The translations under genes were made by a program, and so were the position numbers. This document shows positions 13,686-24,946 of a stretch of 64,000 bases of DNA, one piece after another. Source of the stretch: Phoronis australis (taxonomy: Eukaryota > Animalia > Phoronida); assembly GCA_002633005.1 (NCBI GenBank), contig NMRA01000165.1, positions 223,958-287,957 of the forward strand. Direction: 5' to 3'. Below the pieces are notes generated by a model. That model searched no databases, was not told where the DNA came from, and was given only the letters and a program-made list of their open reading frames with translations. The first letter of the stretch is position 1, and each line of letters begins with the position of its first letter.

Positions 13686-16600
13686 CTGAAACACATACAG
13701 AAACACCTTAGCTTTGACTGGCCTATATGTATTTCCAATCTGTTGGGCCAAATGCTAGACTTAATAAAATCCAATAAATAATTTAATCATCAGGATTAGT
13801 CGCATATAGCTGATGACAAACATACCGACACAATGGCAATAGTTATGCACAGGGTCCCCGCATTTTGAGAACCAGTTTTGTCCACTGAATAACAGGCATA
13901 CAACTGGTTCTTAAAATCCGGGAATCCTGCAAGTAGTCCAAACAACTATGATCATAGTATGCGGTCAATATACAAATAATGTAGGTTTCATGACAAAAGT
14001 AGGCAATACTCTTGCCATTAGAACAACAGCATCTATTTGTTTGTGGCCATTTTGCTGAAAATTAAGGATGAGATGACACTTTTGGTAAGTCTCTACTAAT
14101 TTAGCACACTCACCTAAAACTATTTGGTAAAATTATATTTTATCGCTCACATCCTTCGTGCTAAGCTTCGTGACAGGAATTTTTTGCTTCTGACTAATTA
14201 GCACAAGGTACAATAATACGATTAACTGACTGTTAATAAAGTCTGAGCACTGTGTATTCCACTTCATTCATCCATTCATATGGCTCATCTTATGCTGTTG
14301 CAAACATTAAGTAAAAGGGACGTGACTCTGAGACCAATTGGCATTTGCTTGCAATACTGGCTTTCACCAACAATGGAGTAAAATACTTTAATGTTTGACC
14401 AGGATAAAGCAGCTTGACTACTTCTTAACTGACAACCCATAGATCACATTTCATTAAATTCACACGCCACTGACAGCAGGTGAACTGGTAGCAGTTGATG
14501 ATGCTTGGTTTGCGTAGTCCACTCGCACTATTTATCAACAATTATGTATTTTCAAAAATTACTCAACATAAAATGACGTCATTTTTAATCCAGAGGTCTT
14601 AGCTGGTTGACTGGGTAGAAGCAACACAGTCCATGTTCACGGTCATGCTTTGCTGTGGAGAACAGGGCCTGGTTTAGTTTTTTGCAAGTGTAGTATTTGG
14701 CAAAGAAAATTCATTTATGGGATACCTTGACACACTACTTGACACCCCTCCTACTTAGGCTAGTCCAATTCCGTGAAAAAACAAGAACTGTTGGGTGGTG
14801 TACTCTAAGCATAGGCATGGGCCGCAGCACCATAGGTGTAGAGGTGGTGGCCCTGTACATGGCACTGCTCAACTGATTTCACCAAGTATGTTGTTTTTCA
14901 ATTGATAAAATAGAATATAGTCATTCACTCACCCACTAAATAAACTTAATGACAAAAACAAGATGTTGGGCTACATATCGACGTTTCGATATTTAAAACT
15001 CAATATCATCACCAGTAGACAGATGCAATAAATATGTACAAAGGTGAGAAAAATCCATAATCCCTTACTTCACATAACAGCGCAAATACAGTATTGAACA
15101 TTCAATCTCTATCATAGCTTTAGTTTCTATGCCCCAATGTCCTGGTTAGTGACCTCTTTACATGACACTTTGCCTTATAAGCAGTACCTCAGGGGTTAAC
15201 AAAAACAGTAACACAGGTGTTATACGGGTCAAGGATTTTTACATTATCATCTGGCCAAGAACTGTGATCAAATATGAATTGGAGACTTTTCATATTGGCG
15301 CTCTCTAGAGTAATGAAAACACGAAAGTGACTTCTGATCGATCCCGACTCAGATTTGGTGGACAGAAATTCAGGTACTACATAGCGGGGGTGCGTTAATT
15401 TAAAGCAAAGGAATAAATTCCACTATCAGCCCCTCCCATTCTTTGATTATTTCAAGTTCACTGTCTAATTTTTTAAGCATTTTGACACCAGCTGAGATCC
15501 AGTCCACCTGTCCACCAAAGACCTGATGGCTGTTTGACGGGATAGTAAATTTCAAAATGGCACCAAAATTTTGAAAGTCAGCTATTGACTGACTGAGTAA
15601 TCCCGCATCGCCAACTGCCAGTGAGTGAACTGGTTGCCAACTCGATCCAGTAAAAGTGGACTTTTAATAACTGGCAGTACTCTCTACAGTAATTAGAACA
15701 CTGGAAAGCGACTTCAGCTTGATCCCAACTCAGATTTGGTGGACAGAAATTTAATTACATAGTAGTTCATAAATCTCAAACCAGTCCCTCTCATTCATGA
15801 ATATTTAAAGAGGTTTGTCGTTTTCTGTAAGCCATTGGTACACCCCACCACACAGCAGTGAAAATTTGTCGGCATTATGATAGCAGGAAAGGTATTAAAA
15901 CACTGTTTATACCAGTAGATTGAAACCTCCCACAAGCAATAAATGAGGTTTGTAAGAGGTCGAGGAGTTGAACGCCTGTCCACCAAAGACCTGATCACTA
16001 TCTTGCAGGATATTGCATTTCAATACGGCACGGCTACCTCAAGAGTCAGATATGAAGTTCTTTTAATTGATGCAGTTCTAAGAGCACTTTACCCCATAAA
16101 GATTACTAGTTCTGGTAATGAGCAACAAGTGGTGGAATTGGTGACCAGGAGAGGGGAAGAGGGATTTTCCCTCACTAAAAAAATCCCCAATCAGAAGACA
16201 CAGGCATCACTGAGCAAGCTCCCGGACAACATTCCAAATTTTATTGCAAACCTTGCTGGCCGAACTGTAAAGCAAGCATGTAAAGGTGCTATGGGTGACA
16301 TATTGTATAGACTTCAGGCACCTAGCTGCATGGTAGCCGAAAGTTATTGCCAGGAGCTGGCCAAAACTTTTGAGTGAAACTATAATTGAATACTTAAAAG
16401 CTTGGCAAGTTTAAACCTTTCCTGTCCTTATGATGTTCTTTGATCTTTTGCTTTCACAACTGAATTAAATTCAGTCCTATTACCAGTGCAATTTACTAGG
16501 TCGGTGTGTTTTAATTTTTCGGTTCACAGGCATGTTTTTTTACAGTCAAGGTCATAATTATTTTGGTCAGGTGAAGTATAATTTGTATATTTAGTAAAAA

Positions 16601-18203
16601 ATGAAAGGGAGATCAATGCACTTATTCATGGGTAACAATTTCCAAGTATATTCTATTTGTCATCTCAAGATGGCATATGTGTCAATTTGTAATACCTGTA
16701 AATTTGGCAAATTCAGACTTAGAAGCAATGTTGTGGACTTAGGTAGCAGTTGTTCTCATTCCTCAACAGCATAAATTCCAAGTTCAACAACACACAGATC
16801 TGCTTCTCTATAACACAAGGGCCATCGCAAGCTTATTATTTCACATTTTACATCGGTCACTAACAATTAATTTGTGCTCAAGTTTTGTTTGTTAAGCTGT
16901 CACAACGTAAAAGAAACATTCTACATACTTACTACAACTTACTATGCCTACCTAAGACCATGAGAGCCGATTTTAATATTTTACACATACGGTATCTCTA
17001 GTATTAACCGTAAGTGAAGAAGGAAGTATCACTCATGTACCATCATATCCATGCTACTTAAAACTACCAAGGTTTGTAGCATAATGATTAGCTGTTGTTT
17101 GACCATCGATGAGGTCAGACAATGAATGACCCCGTTCGAAAATCTGCAGTGTCTGATCTTGAAATTCATCGCATATGTATGAACTTGGAATATACACTTA
17201 GTAAGTTAACTTGGCAAGTTCATTAAGATAACCACATACAAATTGATAAAAATTTGCACGGCACTTAACTTCAACCAACTTTTAGCACCCATTTTCAACC
17301 ATTGGCGATCTTAACCAAACAATGGCTTAACCATTCGAGCACATATTCCTTTGATCCTGTGACGTACAAGTTCTCAGTGAATTAAGAGAAAATGGGTGAT
17401 AGCTAGTTCAATAAAATTACAAAACTTCTTTACGGTGAACAAAAAAAAACTGATTACCTTAATGAACATCATTCTATGTTCACGAATATGCCATCTTGAG
17501 ATAAACAAGTTACCGCACAGCAGATCAATGAGCAGCCATGCAGTCACAGCAATCAACTGCACGTGCATCACGTTGTGACATCATAGATTACTATGAACCT
17601 TGCCAGCTGTTCATCGCTTTTATATAGCCAGTGATTTACTGGTGTAAGCCATACATACTCCCTTAATTCTTACTGAAATGGCGTTTCACCAGAGGTGTTA
17701 TAAACTATTGAAATAAGCTCCTGCCTATGACAGCCCAGTTATGGGTGTGAAGTCCTAGACAGACTAGTGAAAAACTTCACGAAAACTGTATAGTACAACG
17801 GCACTAGTAGAATATAGCGGTTCCAGTAGATAACCAGGCAATCACTGATTAACGGACCTGTTAAGTGTTATTTAGTGGATGAAACTGGATCTCTAAACCA
17901 GGGACCGCTATATTTTAATATGAACTGTGCCAGCTGGGCAGCCAGTGGCAGCACACTGACTCAGCATAGATACTCAGTCATAGTCTATGGTGGCAAAGTA
18001 TTAACATGGCATGGAAGAGTCATTTACTAAAGAACACATTCACAGAGAGGGTATTTTGTCGTTGGGTAGCTCCCCGACATACACTCACATGGAAATCTAC
18101 GTCAACTAAGTCAAAGAGCCAGTGGCAGTGTCAACATAGATAGTCTATGGTCAATGACCTCTCGAGTTGTTCGTGTGCAAGTGGCAGTGCTGGAAAGGCA
18201 TAC

Positions 18204-18325
18204 CTTTCAATGGCCCGCAGACTACGTTCTTTACCACTCAAGTAACCCTCTTCGGAAGAAAACCATACTTCTAAAAGTTTCTCAGTGCCTTCAAAAAAGT
18301 GTGAGTCGGCTTGCACACTTGCCAT
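18204..18325 (-). CDS. AMD1: SAMDC exon 1 (start codon)
   Basis: MASVQADSHFFEGTEKLLEVWF matches the SAMDC N-terminus HFFEGTEKLLEVWF. Donor AG|gtatgc, phase 2, matches exon 2. Confidence 0.96.
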
Positions 18326-18389
18326 ATTCGACAGATAGTGCTCCAGATAAGTGTCGTCTATCTTCGTTTTTTGATATTAGCCGTGATCC

Positions 18390-18437
18390 CTAGCGGCAGA
18401 CTCCGTAACTTATTCGACTGGAGCCAGTCGGGTCCAT
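18390..18437 (-). promoter_or_regulatory. Candidate AMD1 upstream ORF (MDPTGSSRISYGVCR)
   Basis: aaaATGG start context. The stop lies 64 nt upstream of the main ATG. SAMDC mRNAs are known to be uORF-regulated. Confidence 0.45.
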
Positions 18438-21132
18438 TTTATGAAGGGATGTCTGTTTCTGTAAATCAGTAGGGGGTGAACTTGGAATCCTGGTAAGGTC
18501 GCGTATACGTGAACTTGGAATTGAATTTTTCATTTTGGCAATCAGGTAAAATTTTCCGCGTAAAGAATTTTTGTACCTACGTGCCTTATAATCACCCATT
18601 TCTTCTTTACCGTGACTTGTGTCAAAGAATCGGAGGAATATGTCTTGATCGGTTATTATCAGGCCTACCATTTTCGTTGGTCAGATCATCAATAGTTGAA
18701 AAATGATTGGTTAATATTTACGTTATTTTATTAAATTGTAATTTGATTTAGTGCAGCGCAAATGTCTATTGACGTGAACGCGATTATTTGAGTGAGTCAA
18801 GTTTCGTCGGGAATCGTAAGTTCTCGCATGCGATCTTGCGATCTTGAGATTAAGCAAGATTCCAAGTTCCGGCACTGACGCGCAGCAAGGTCACGACCAA
18901 GTAAGTAAGTAAGTAAGTAAAGCGTTGCTGTGGAAAGCCAAAAATAGAAAAAAAAATCCAGGACACAAATTTTCTATTTTTAAGAATTAAATTCTCTGCA
19001 AGACCAAAAATATACTCAAAACCAAAATCTATCGCGCCACGTCAGAGGACCAAAGTTTCTGAGCACGTCAAGACCGAAGATTTATCACGCCAGGACACAA
19101 AATTTATTAAATAAGGAAAATTTCACACGTCAGAAAAAATCGCGTTGGGGCTAATCTTCGAAAATCTCTTCTTTCGCAAATAATGTCATTTTTTAAAATG
19201 ACATTATCCGCCAAACTTGATACTGTGTGAATACGGGACAGCAACGTAAACAAAAGTCAGCGACAGTAGAAAAATGCACTCCGAAAAGGCGCAACCACAA
19301 TTTTCTGATTCATGGACATGAATTTAAGCACCGATTTGTCTGTACAATAGACCACATTAACATTTCCTCCATCAGTCATGCCAGTTTGTTTGCGTAAAGC
19401 GCTACCTGTTGCTCGAGAATTTGACCAGCCAATCAGAAACGCCGATTTAAAAAAATTCCCGAGGAAAATTAAATGATACCTGCGTGTTCACTATCCCTTA
19501 GCGGACACACAGGGAACCAGCGAGACATACCATATGTTGACTCAAACAATGCTCTAGTTTTCTAGGCTAAGACCGCTACGCCCAGAACATGTACACAAAA
19601 TAGATTCTTGACATTTTTTTGCCATTTAAGGTGATTAGTTATGTTTTGATGAGCTAGACTGACTCAGCAGACGTGCTGGAACTTGTTAATCATGAATGAC
19701 CTGATTGACTATCAGGCTAGTGGGGCACAAGATGACCCATGAAATAAGCTACATTTGTTTGACTTCGCCGTGTCTAAAAGCATGTTTTTACATGTTCGTC
19801 AATTTCGACCAAACTAACTATATACAATTAGAACACGATTACGTACGATTAGAGCATGATTTAACTAATTGCTTAGCATTGGTTCATAAAGGTAAAAAAT
19901 GACCATTTTAAGGAACATCCATTCAAATGTGGACTCTGAATATGGCCACTTCACAGAACATCTTTCAAGTTCAATGACTGAATTTCATAGACCATCAAGA
20001 AGCGTGCTTTTATAAGCATCGTCTTTTCAGTAAAGATGGCTTATTGAAAGTTTCAACGTTTAACAGTTTTCATATAATATGAAAACATGTATTTGTATAA
20101 TAAATTATCGACTTAGAAATAGAATGGATGCTCACTAGGCAGGCATTTTTGTTGCCTAAGGCAGAATATTATTTTCACTTTATTGCTGAATATGTAGCTT
20201 TACAAATAAATATTCAATAAATACATAATAAATCATCAAGTTTTAAGTTATTACATGACTAACGTCATAGTGAAATGAAAATTTATTGACAAATCTTTTT
20301 ACACAGTTTCACTCCAAACTTTTTCTCACAATTAATCATTCAGTAAATACATTAGATAAATTATAACTAAATATATCATCAAGTTAACATAATGACAGTA
20401 TGTCATCGAGGAATGAATGTCAGTTGGTATATGAAATTACAACCAAGTTTACGAATCTATTTACATTACTTTATTGCGAAATCTGGTTTTTTTAATTTCT
20501 AGTGAAATTTCAATGAAATGCTGTTTCACAATAGAATAGAATAGATACTTTTTTGGGTTTTTTTTGTCCTGAGAATGTGCGAGAAAGGGAATTAAAATGC
20601 CATGCATGGATTTTGCTCCCTGGTCACTATCAAATCCTAATCAAAACTTCCACTGCTTTATCCATTCAATTACATGACGCGAGAGCGAGGAAAAACTTTC
20701 ATTTTAACCTGGGAGTAGATTTTAACAAAGAACTCTAAAATGCCAACTCCCGCAATTGAACTATGTACAATCAGAGCTTGCGACCTCGAGATTGCCCTTG
20801 AGAGTTTGCACTTTGAATTTTTGGCAGTCTGCTCGATTGAGTTTTGATCGAGTGTTGTAGTTATCAAATCAAGTCTATATTTCATTGTTTCATTTTCATG
20901 TTGACATTTTTGTTCACGAAGCGAAACTCTTGAGCTACGGTTCTAGACAACCAGCGATTTTCCGGCAAAATTAGTCAGCAAACCCGAGTGTTACATTGGT
21001 CATTCCTTGTACGCATCGACCCGTGACCTTAGCGGGATACCGGTAATAGTCTGTCAGGTGTGCGTTCAGTAACGCTAGGACCTAATCTAGGACCTAGCTA
21101 AAATCTAGCCAAAGTCAAGTGTTCTCATTTAA

Positions 21133-22810
21133 AGGCGAAGGCAACCTTTTTCCATGTCATTTTGAGCTAAAATAAGGTTGGTTGGTTATCCTAGACATAT
21201 TTTCCACTTAATTACAGCTTTACGTAATTTTATTAATTACTCGTCCGCTACTCCGGAAGTGACGTTTTAGGAGGCAAGCATTTCGCGCCAATTTCTTTTC
21301 ATATAGTCTGACTGTGAGAGCTGCCCAGTCAGTCATTGTTCTACCTCGGTTGTGTTAAGTTCCGTCGTCGTTTGCTTTCATTTACTAGTCAGTCAGCATG
21401 CCACACTGTTGCTGCGTACCGGGATGTACTAATTATCGGCTCACGCGCGCTTTGGGAGTACCTTTGCATCGCTTTCCGATGGATGACACACTTCGCCGTA
21501 CTTGGCTCGTTCGTGTGAAGAACGCAGCATTACCCGTCCATGCAACGTACAAAGCAGTGGAGAATTATCGTGTGTGTGACGAGCACTTTCTGCCGTCCGA
21601 TTACGAAAGAGATTTGTACGCTGAACTGATGAAGGTCCCTGCGGATGCCATTCCGTCTGTGTTGATTCCCGGCAGTGCCCCGTCGCCTCCCCCGAGAAGT
21701 GCGTTTTTGAAGCGAGAAGCCTCGCGAGCTGTGCCCAGTACAGTGACTGGAGCCAATGGAGGGACTTCATCTACTGTCACCCGTGCCTCCGAACGTACCC
21801 CAGAGCGTGCAATTCCTGGAACCAGTAGTGATTCGCCCTGTGCTGTTTTCTCCAGCCCAGAGCCTCTAAGCAGCCCCCTCCTGCAGCGATATTGAGTAGT
21901 GGGAGTGATTACAGGCCCACTTCGACACCCAGTGAAGAGGACAGTTCGTCGTCCAGTGAACAGATCGGTGAGCCAAACTTTGATAAGTTTATTGTGTACT
22001 TGTCTAAAGTGTTGGAGCTATTTAGAAGGTGCCAGGTGTGTGGCGAGGGAGTCACACGACACGATGTAAGCAGTTTGAGTGCTCAGGTCACCATCCAGTG
22101 TGAGTGTGTCGCGGGACACTCTGGCAAGTGGGACAGTTGTTCCTTTGTCCGTGGTATGCCGGAGGTCCACTTAATCATGTCCAGTAGTGGCTTGGCCTCG
22201 TCAAACTTTGAACAGCACAAGCATTCCATTGAGGTAGGGATAACAAGGCACACAGTGCATTTGCACCAAGATGTGTCACCACGTCTGTCCTCAGTAGCCG
22301 CCTTCTCTCAACAGCTGCCTGTGCCTGTGCGTACTCTGCCTCAATATACTCGGGCTCATGAACATGTACCCACCCACCGAATGTCCGTGAAAGAATTCCT
22401 CGTCACAACTGCTGTGAACAAGGTCTCCGTCACTCACACTACTGTCACTGTGATACGGGTCACCGACTCCAGCCATTTTCAGCTTACAACACATTAAACA
22501 ATCCCTAAATCCAACGTAGCTGAGTTCTCTACTAACCTATCTTGCTGCAGAATACTCGCCGATGGAAAGTGATGGCGACAATTGTTGAAAAACAGCACAA
22601 AACAAAAGTAGAATAGAACAGATTCGCACGGTAAAGTCAACGCAAAACCAAATGGCGAGAAACGCTTGCCTCCTAAAACGTCACTTCCGGAGTAGCGAAC
22701 GAGTATTTAATAAAATTGCGAAAAGCTGTAATTAAGTGGAAAATATGTCTAGGATAACCAACCAACCTTATTTTAGCTCAAAATGACATGGAAAAAGGTT
22801 GCCTTCGCCT
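21133..22810 (+). mobile_element. Internally deleted Kolobok DNA transposon (THAP transposase N-terminus on +, KolX-like gene remnant on -)
   Basis: About 158-bp TIRs with AG...CT termini and TTAA TSDs (21129-21132, 22811-22814). Contains a THAP ORF and KFIVYLSKVLELFRRCQVCG. The opposite strand encodes RRGDTSWCKCTVCLVIPTSMECLCC. Confidence 0.85.
21398..21895 (+). pseudogene. THAP zinc-finger ORF, truncated transposase N-terminus
   Basis: MPHCCCVPGCTN...LHRFP...W...RVCDEHF...AIPSV is a C2CH THAP with an AVPT-like box. A frameshift leads into 21892-22180, and no DDE core is present. Confidence 0.85.
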
Positions 22811-23734
22811 TTAAAATTCACGGCAACATATCACGTTATCTCGCGAAGTCTTGCTTTTTAGCTAGGTCCTAGCTTTACTGAACGGGAGGCTGGCCTCTGA
22901 TATTTTTTTCTCCGGTCTAAGAACCACTTTCGATAACCTATCAAACTACTTGCTAAGAATTTCTTAACAACATATTTTTGGATGTTAAAATCGTGTTACT
23001 GTATTTTACGCAAAAAAGTGACATTCGGTTTCTGAGTATTTGTTGTTCAATTTTAAATGAAAAGTTTAGCAGATGTGTTTGCGTGACTTTTGAAAAACTA
23101 CACGTATTAGCGTAGCTAGATATTTTTGTTTGTGTTTGCATAAAATATTACTGATTTTCATTGTTTCTATAACAGTTCGTCTGTGAAATATTAACCTGTT
23201 GTCCAAATACTTTTTTGTTGATTCGAACTCTGAGCAGTGATTGGTAACTGTAGAAGGCCTATTTACATTTTCACTTGAAATAAAATTTAAAAAATGAAAA
23301 ATACCTTGCAAAAACCCAATCCAATACTTTCTGTGGCTGACAGCGTACATTGTACTTGACAATTGTCCCACTCTTGGCAGGCTATACCACTTTTTGAATT
23401 TTCCCACCATCTACACCAGCAAAATGTTCCACTTTTTGACACACGGGGACACTGACATATTGTCATATTCCGTAATTTCCCACGCGATATAGCTCTATTT
23501 TCTTCGACTAAAACGAAAAAAAAAACCGTTAATTTTTATGGGTTTTCGATGCACCTGCAACTGTCTATTCGACCAGAGACCGTAGAGATGTTGTTAACGT
23601 CTTTGATTCGACTAAAAAAAGAAAAAACAAAAAATACGTTGTCGGTACGTTTTGGTCTGTTGCGGAGAAAATTTCACCCTTGCGTTTTGGCATAGGGCCA
23701 GACGTTCTGCTTTTTATCCGGTAGTCCCGTTTTT

Positions 23735-24208
23735 CATTTGTATTTAACAACACTATCTATTTAGTTCAGTGCTCAGTTTCAGTGTGAAACAGTCAGATTT
23801 ATTTTCTCTCCTCCAAGCGCTGCTGCAGGCTCGACCCCGGAAATACTTTCTATAGTTAAGTAAATAAACCCTTTTCTTCAGAAAGCAAAAATTAGTGCTC
23901 CTGGTTCATGCAGTGCCCCGTTTTTATCTTTCAGAGTGCACTTTCTTTAGTAACATAATCGTAAAAATGTGTTTCGATGTCTCCAATTTGCGGTAACATA
24001 CACTGCATGAACTAATATTTCCGTAAAAACATTTCAGAATTCTAACATATGATTTCCCTAACCAAGACTTAATGGCTAAACCGATCAACGCCATCTTGAG
24101 GCTTGGGGTCGAGGCTGCAGCAGCGCTTGGAGGAGAGAAAATAAATCCGACTTTTTCACACTGAAACTGAGCACTGAACTAAATAGATAGTGTTGTTAAA
24201 TACAGATG
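23735..24208. repeat. About 104-bp inverted repeat with a 266-bp spacer
   Basis: 23735-23838 is the reverse complement of 24105-24208 with a few mismatches. Confidence 0.9.
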
Positions 24209-24468
24209 CCTAGTTGTGAAGAAATCTTTGATTTGAGTTTTAAACTACCAATGAATAATTGCATGTATTCCAACTCACCATCACCAAGTTCAGGTAGGCC
24301 AAATTTCCGAGTGCACTTGACAGCCGCGGCGTGGCTAGTTGACGTCTCCACTTCAAAATCTTTTACTAGGTTTAGTGCTGCATCGTAATTTTCTACAAAG
24401 TCATGGAAATTACCCCATTTTTTGAAATTCTTCACCCACTCCTTTTCTTCAGTTTCATCACCACATTC

Positions 24469-24725
24469 CATGCGCGCATCCGCCGGGGGAGTGGGGCTCC
24501 GGGGAGCCCCCCCCCCCATTTGGCGAAGTGGGCAAAAAGGTCCGAATCTGAGAAACAAAAATGCCGAGAAATGAGACACTAAACAAGCACAAACGCGGAA
24601 TTTACAGTGGTGCCCCCGTTTATTGTTTTTTTTTTTTTTTAGTCCGCCCGCTTTTTGGTACCAAAAGGTCCACAACGTCAGGAATTTGAGCCACCCCCCC
24701 ATATTGAAGGCTGGGTGCGCGCATG
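24469..24725. mobile_element. MITE, CATGCGCGCA-TIR family, 5-bp TSD
   Basis: TIRs catgcgcgca...tgcgcgcatg, with TSD cattc on both sides. Confidence 0.85.
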
Positions 24726-24946
24726 CATTCCATTGCATAAATAAATCTTAAAGTCTAGGGATCGAAACCGAAAGCACACCCCAACATATGTCAACTTTGA
24801 CATTCGAGGAAACGCAGTCTCAGTTTCGCACTTAGCTAGGTCAAACTATTGTGACCACAACGTACGGCATATGCGGTCTAGTTGGTTTCTGTGCCCGAAT
24901 TTATGTCAACTGCAAACTAGTTTTACTGTGATCAACTTATGACATT

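Larger units (their letters stand above)
21063..22884. mobile_element. Small TIR MITE interrupted by the Kolobok element
   Basis: cgttcagtaacgctaggacct...agctaaaa (21063-21103) is mirrored by ttttagctaggtcctagctttactgaacg (22855-22884). Confidence 0.7.

Noticed and set aside
15943-16377. 144-aa ORF in AMD1 intron 1
   Set aside because: It has no recognisable domain and sits within decayed repeat sequence.
21892-22497. 201-aa ORF as a real gene
   Set aside because: It is a chimera of a transposase fragment and the antisense of the KolX-like remnant across an internal deletion.
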